DNA of 64,000 bases. Origin: Eledone cirrhosa (Eukaryota). The stretch spans positions 173,042,001 to 173,106,000 of the forward strand of contig OZ024743.1 of assembly GCA_964016885.1 (NCBI GenBank). The letters run 5' to 3'. The position numbers were made by a program, and so were the translations under genes. Position 1 is the stretch's first letter. Each line of letters starts with the position of its first letter. The notes beneath the pieces are model-generated. The model searched no databases. It was given only the letters and a program-made list of their open reading frames with translations, and was not told the origin of the DNA. Shown piece by piece: positions 60,301 to 64,000 of this stretch.

Positions 60301-61460
60301 CTTTGGTGAGAAGATCCTTCGAACGGAGGGCTGGGGATGCCATGGCTGACGATGCGTAAACACGCATTAAGGCTACGGCACCTCCAGGTATTCCTCACCG
60401 GTCAACCGGTGTGGGCCCCTTTTGTGAGGCGAGCCTTTCCGAGACTCGTGTCGCTCATCGAGCTGCAATCCTGGGTCAAGCAAAGACCGAGAAAAGTGGG
60501 CGACTGGCACATGGAATGTGCCCAGGCGCTCACGGCCCTCTAGCAAGCGGACCCACCTCCGCATTCTATAGAGGGTTAGTGCGCAGCAAGTGCGACGACG
60601 CTCTCGGAGAAGCTCTGGGCATGGAGGAAGACGAACTAGCCAGTCTGTTCGGTAGGACGTTTGGCCCGGGACCGATGGACAACTTCCAAAAGTCCCTGGC
60701 TTGGCAGTGCTGCCGAGGAGCTCTACCCGTTCGGGACAAGCTCTACAGACACGGGCGCCCGGGTAGGGACCCCTTGAAAAAGATCTGTCCGAGATGCGTG
60801 CGTGACGAGGAAACCGTCGTGCACACATTTGTACACTCCCCGGGCGTTGCTGACGTGTGGGGCTATGTGGAACGACTACTGTCGCGGGTGGGACCAATCC
60901 GGTTGACCACCGAGTACATTGCAACGATCAAACCGCCTCCCCCCTTCAAAAACGAAGGAGAGGAGGTTTTCCTCTGTGTGATAGCTATGGCTAAAGAGGT
61001 TGTATGGTGGACGAGGTTGAAAGGGCTGCGGTCAGACACCTTTCTCTCCGGCCAACAACTGGTCCTTTTTTTTCAACTACCATTTTAGAAGAAGGATCAG
61101 AATGGAGAGAGAGGTGCTCTACCCCAGAAAGTTTTATGAAAGGTGGGTGAAAGTGGTGAGAATGGCCCGAGTGAATGGGCCTTCTCTCTGTAGGTGAGAG
61201 AGGAGGAGAAGGATGAGAGGAAAGGAGCACCCGCTCTCTGTGCTCCTGAGGAGGAGGGTTGCACATCTTTTCGGGTGTGTGTGCGACCCACGTCAACTAT
61301 TGAGGACTTCGATTGTTTAATTTTTTTTATATATTTTTACACGTCCTTTAAATGTATGTAAACTCTCTCCCCCCTTTTATTTGTCCCTTTCTTTTGTGCC
61401 CTGGTGGCAAATAAATAGAAACTTATCTATCTATCTATCTATCTATCTGTCTATCTATCT
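57383..61460 (+). mobile_element. L1/Tx1-clade LINE, 5'-truncated in ORF1, with degenerate ORF2 (57959-61197)
   Basis: APE endonuclease (CLNVRGL, GDWN, SYLDRF), RT (KSPGLDG, FRPITLLN, LDQSKAFDRV, IRQGCPLS, YADD), C-terminal CPRC...ETVVH; AATAAA near 61410 then a (TATC)n tail. Confidence 0.9.
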
Positions 61461-61667
61461 GCCTGACGCGTGGAACATCGCCGGTAAGATTTTTTGTAAA
61501 TTTATATACGAAATACAGAACAAATTGTTTGAAAAGACATATTATTTTGTAGATTAATCCCCAAGCTGAATTGTCAGCTGGAAGGTAATCCCATTTTTCG
61601 CCCCTTTAGGGGCGAAAATTTAATTTAAAAATTGTTTTAAAATATCAAATTTTGCCAACTATAAAAC

Positions 61668-63506
61668 ATGAATAACACGAAAAGAACGCTAGAGAAAGAG
61701 GCAGATTTTAACGATACATCTGCTTCTGCTACTATGGACATCGCTATATATACGACTGTCAACAAAGGGAAAAAAATATTGCCACTTGAAGATTATACAA
61801 TTTCTACCATCTCAAATGAAAACACAGGAATTAAACCCATTACCATACATACACATGAAAAAAACAACATCAACAACTCCACAGATACATCTACACATAA
61901 AGTTTCACCTCGTCAAGGAACTGTGATTTCCAACACCGAGGCTAACAACGATAACAACAACAACAACAACCACAACAGCAACACCACACACAAAAAAATG
62001 TCTTTCGCTGAAACAATGAACAAAAAACAAGATTTTATAAATCTTGACATCTCCAATGCAAGAGATATGTTCTAGCAAGGGAGAAAATTTGTAACTTTCG
62101 AAGTGGGTTTAGAATTAACTCACCCCTCGAAATAAAAGAAGACGCAGTTCGAAGGACAGTGACCTTTAGGACTGTATCCAATACCACGAGAAAGCCGATA
62201 TTTGTTAGTCAAGGAGATATAGAAGATAAATTGAAAGAAATTCTAGCAAATATCGACTTTCTCCAACGAGTAAAACAGTACGGGAGTGTTTCCGTACTGT
62301 TTAAAAGCGAGGCACTCGCCCAAAAACATTCTGTGACACCAATGGTGTCAAAATCATTCACCTTTTTCCCTACATACATGGGAAAAAGGACACAAAAAAT
62401 AAAAATAAAAAATATACCACCAAACATTAACATCTGGTGGATCTTGGCTGGCTTCGTAGAGCCAGAAACTGATATGATTCTTTCGATACGAAAGTCTATT
62501 CGACAAAGGTGGGCGGGTACTGATTTGAAGATTCTGTTGCAAATGAGGCCGGAGAGAATCTCCAAAATACCCGAAAAAGTCGTCATCGACGACAACAACA
62601 AAATAAACATTTCGGTAGAAGGACGAAAATTTCATTGCTTTCGCTGTGGTAGCACAGCACACCTAAAAGCCTCCAGTCCTTCACAAACACACCACAACAA
62701 CATCATTAAAAAAACACTATTACCAACACCAACACCAAAACAACCACCACCACCACAAGTACAACAGACGAAACGAGCAACCACACCAAAACAAACAGCC
62801 ACTCAACCAACAACAACAGAAAAAACACGGACAGCTCCCCTGAAGAACACAGTCCCACCCCATCCCACTCCATCCAACACTTCCACAAACACACACACAA
62901 AAACACCATCACCACACAACATACCCCTATCGCACACGCCTGATGACGATTATTCATCAACAGACGAAGCTACTTCTCCATCCCCAAGCGAGGATGAAAG
63001 AGAGCCGCGGAAAAAAAAGAAAGAAACACGTAAAGCCACAAAAACACCAATCACCGACACAAACAACAACACAAACAACACCACAATCAAACCTCCCCCT
63101 ACCAGCAAAACAAACACCAACACCACCCCAAACACAAACACCCACCATAAAAAGAAAACTCCCGGACGAACAACAAACTAAAACAACACAACGAAAACAC
63201 AAACAACAATACGCATACATCAACACAAACAACAAGAGTTTGATGGAGGTCATCTCCCAAAACCCCAAGGTGGAGACGGAGGGGCAAAACTTTCGTCAAG
63301 GCAGAATCGTCTCCACACCTTAAACTTATAAGGGTTTCTATGGAAACCTATCATGACCTGAAAAATAAATTTTCACAGGAGGTGGGCAACCCCTGCCAGA
63401 AACCCATCAACCGCGTCCTGTTAAAATGTTTCCCAACCACACCCAACACCCCATCCAGCACCAAATGGAGATTGAACAACCCGATCTCCAGGAAACGAAA
63501 AGGTAA
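61668..63506 (+). pseudogene. ORF1 (gag-like) of a second Tx1-like LINE, disrupted
   Basis: ORFs 61668-62075, 62159-63181 (KIKIKNIPP, zinc-knuckle-like CFRCGSTAHLKASSP, T/P-rich tail) and 63340 onward; 3' part homologous to 57383-57915. Confidence 0.75.
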
Positions 63507-63547
63507 GTACACCGTTCGTCCTTTTTCTCCAACACTTCTACACCAAC

Positions 63548-64000
63548 ATGGCTAGTTTACGAGTTGGGAGCGTAAATGTACGTGGACTAGGGATGCCCTG
63601 GAAACAGGGCCAATTTTTAAACGACCTTAGGTCACACGGTATGGATGTGATAGCCATCACCGAGTCCAGGATCCACAACAGTCAGCAACTAACCCCCATC
63701 TTCGACGACTTTGAGATCTACGCATCTCTCTGTCAGCCAGGAGGTGGAGGGGGAGTGGCTGTCATGTTTCGGAAGAACCTGGACGTCGAAGTACAGCAAG
63801 TACACTTGGACCCGGGCGGTAGACTGGTAGTCCTAGACGTGAACAGTATTGGAGGAGGAGCCTTCAGACTGGTGGTCGTTTATGCCCCGACCGGGCAATC
63901 GCAATCACGGCCAGACTTTTTTAAGATTCTAGAGTCTTTTCTGGGAACGTCTCGCTCCTTACTTTTAGTGGGGGACTGGAATAGTATCATAGATGTACGA
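63548..64000 (+). CDS. ORF2 start (APE endonuclease) of the second Tx1-like LINE, open to the window end
   Basis: MASLRVGSVNVRGLGMPWKQ...IAITESR...VVVYAP...LLLVGDWN; paralogous to 57959 onward. Confidence 0.85.
   Translation, partial: MASLRVGSVNVRGLGMPWKQGQFLNDLRSHGMDVIAITESRIHNSQQLTPIFDDFEIYASLCQPGGGGGVAVMFRKNLDVEVQQVHLDPGGRLVVLDVNSIGGGAFRLVVVYAPTGQSQSRPDFFKILESFLGTSRSLLLVGDWNSIIDVR

Noticed and set aside
58919-60924. Long antisense ORFs within the Tx1 ORF2
   Set aside because: Expected shadows of GC-rich coding sequence; no independent motifs.

Overview
This is eukaryotic, AT-rich, transposon-saturated DNA with no recognisable intact host gene. The SINE sequences suggest an octopod cephalopod (from memory, not a database search). 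Most of the window is (TA)n/(CA)n microsatellite interleaved with four kinds of repeat. (i) Many Penelope-like element (PLE) remnants and short non-autonomous PLE-derived fold-back units, most carrying type I hammerhead ribozyme (HHR) motifs. (ii) RTE-type LINE fragments, tRNA-derived SINEs and one mariner-type MITE. (iii) A composite Helitron insertion (48513-56711, A|T empty site verifiable inside the window) whose coding unit has a Ulp1-like protease and a PIF1 helicase but no HUH/Rep domain. (iv) Two tandem L1/Tx1-clade LINEs. The strongest candidates for novelty are a complete, well-paired HHR 26 nt after the Helitron helicase stop codon, a Tx1-like LINE whose whole ORF2 lies between a splice-donor-like site at the ORF1 stop and a splice-acceptor-like site at the ORF2 stop, and clustering of PLE inversion/truncation junctions at the HHR 5' boundary. 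Element boundaries were read by eye and are approximate unless a motif is quoted; family letters A-N are my own labels.
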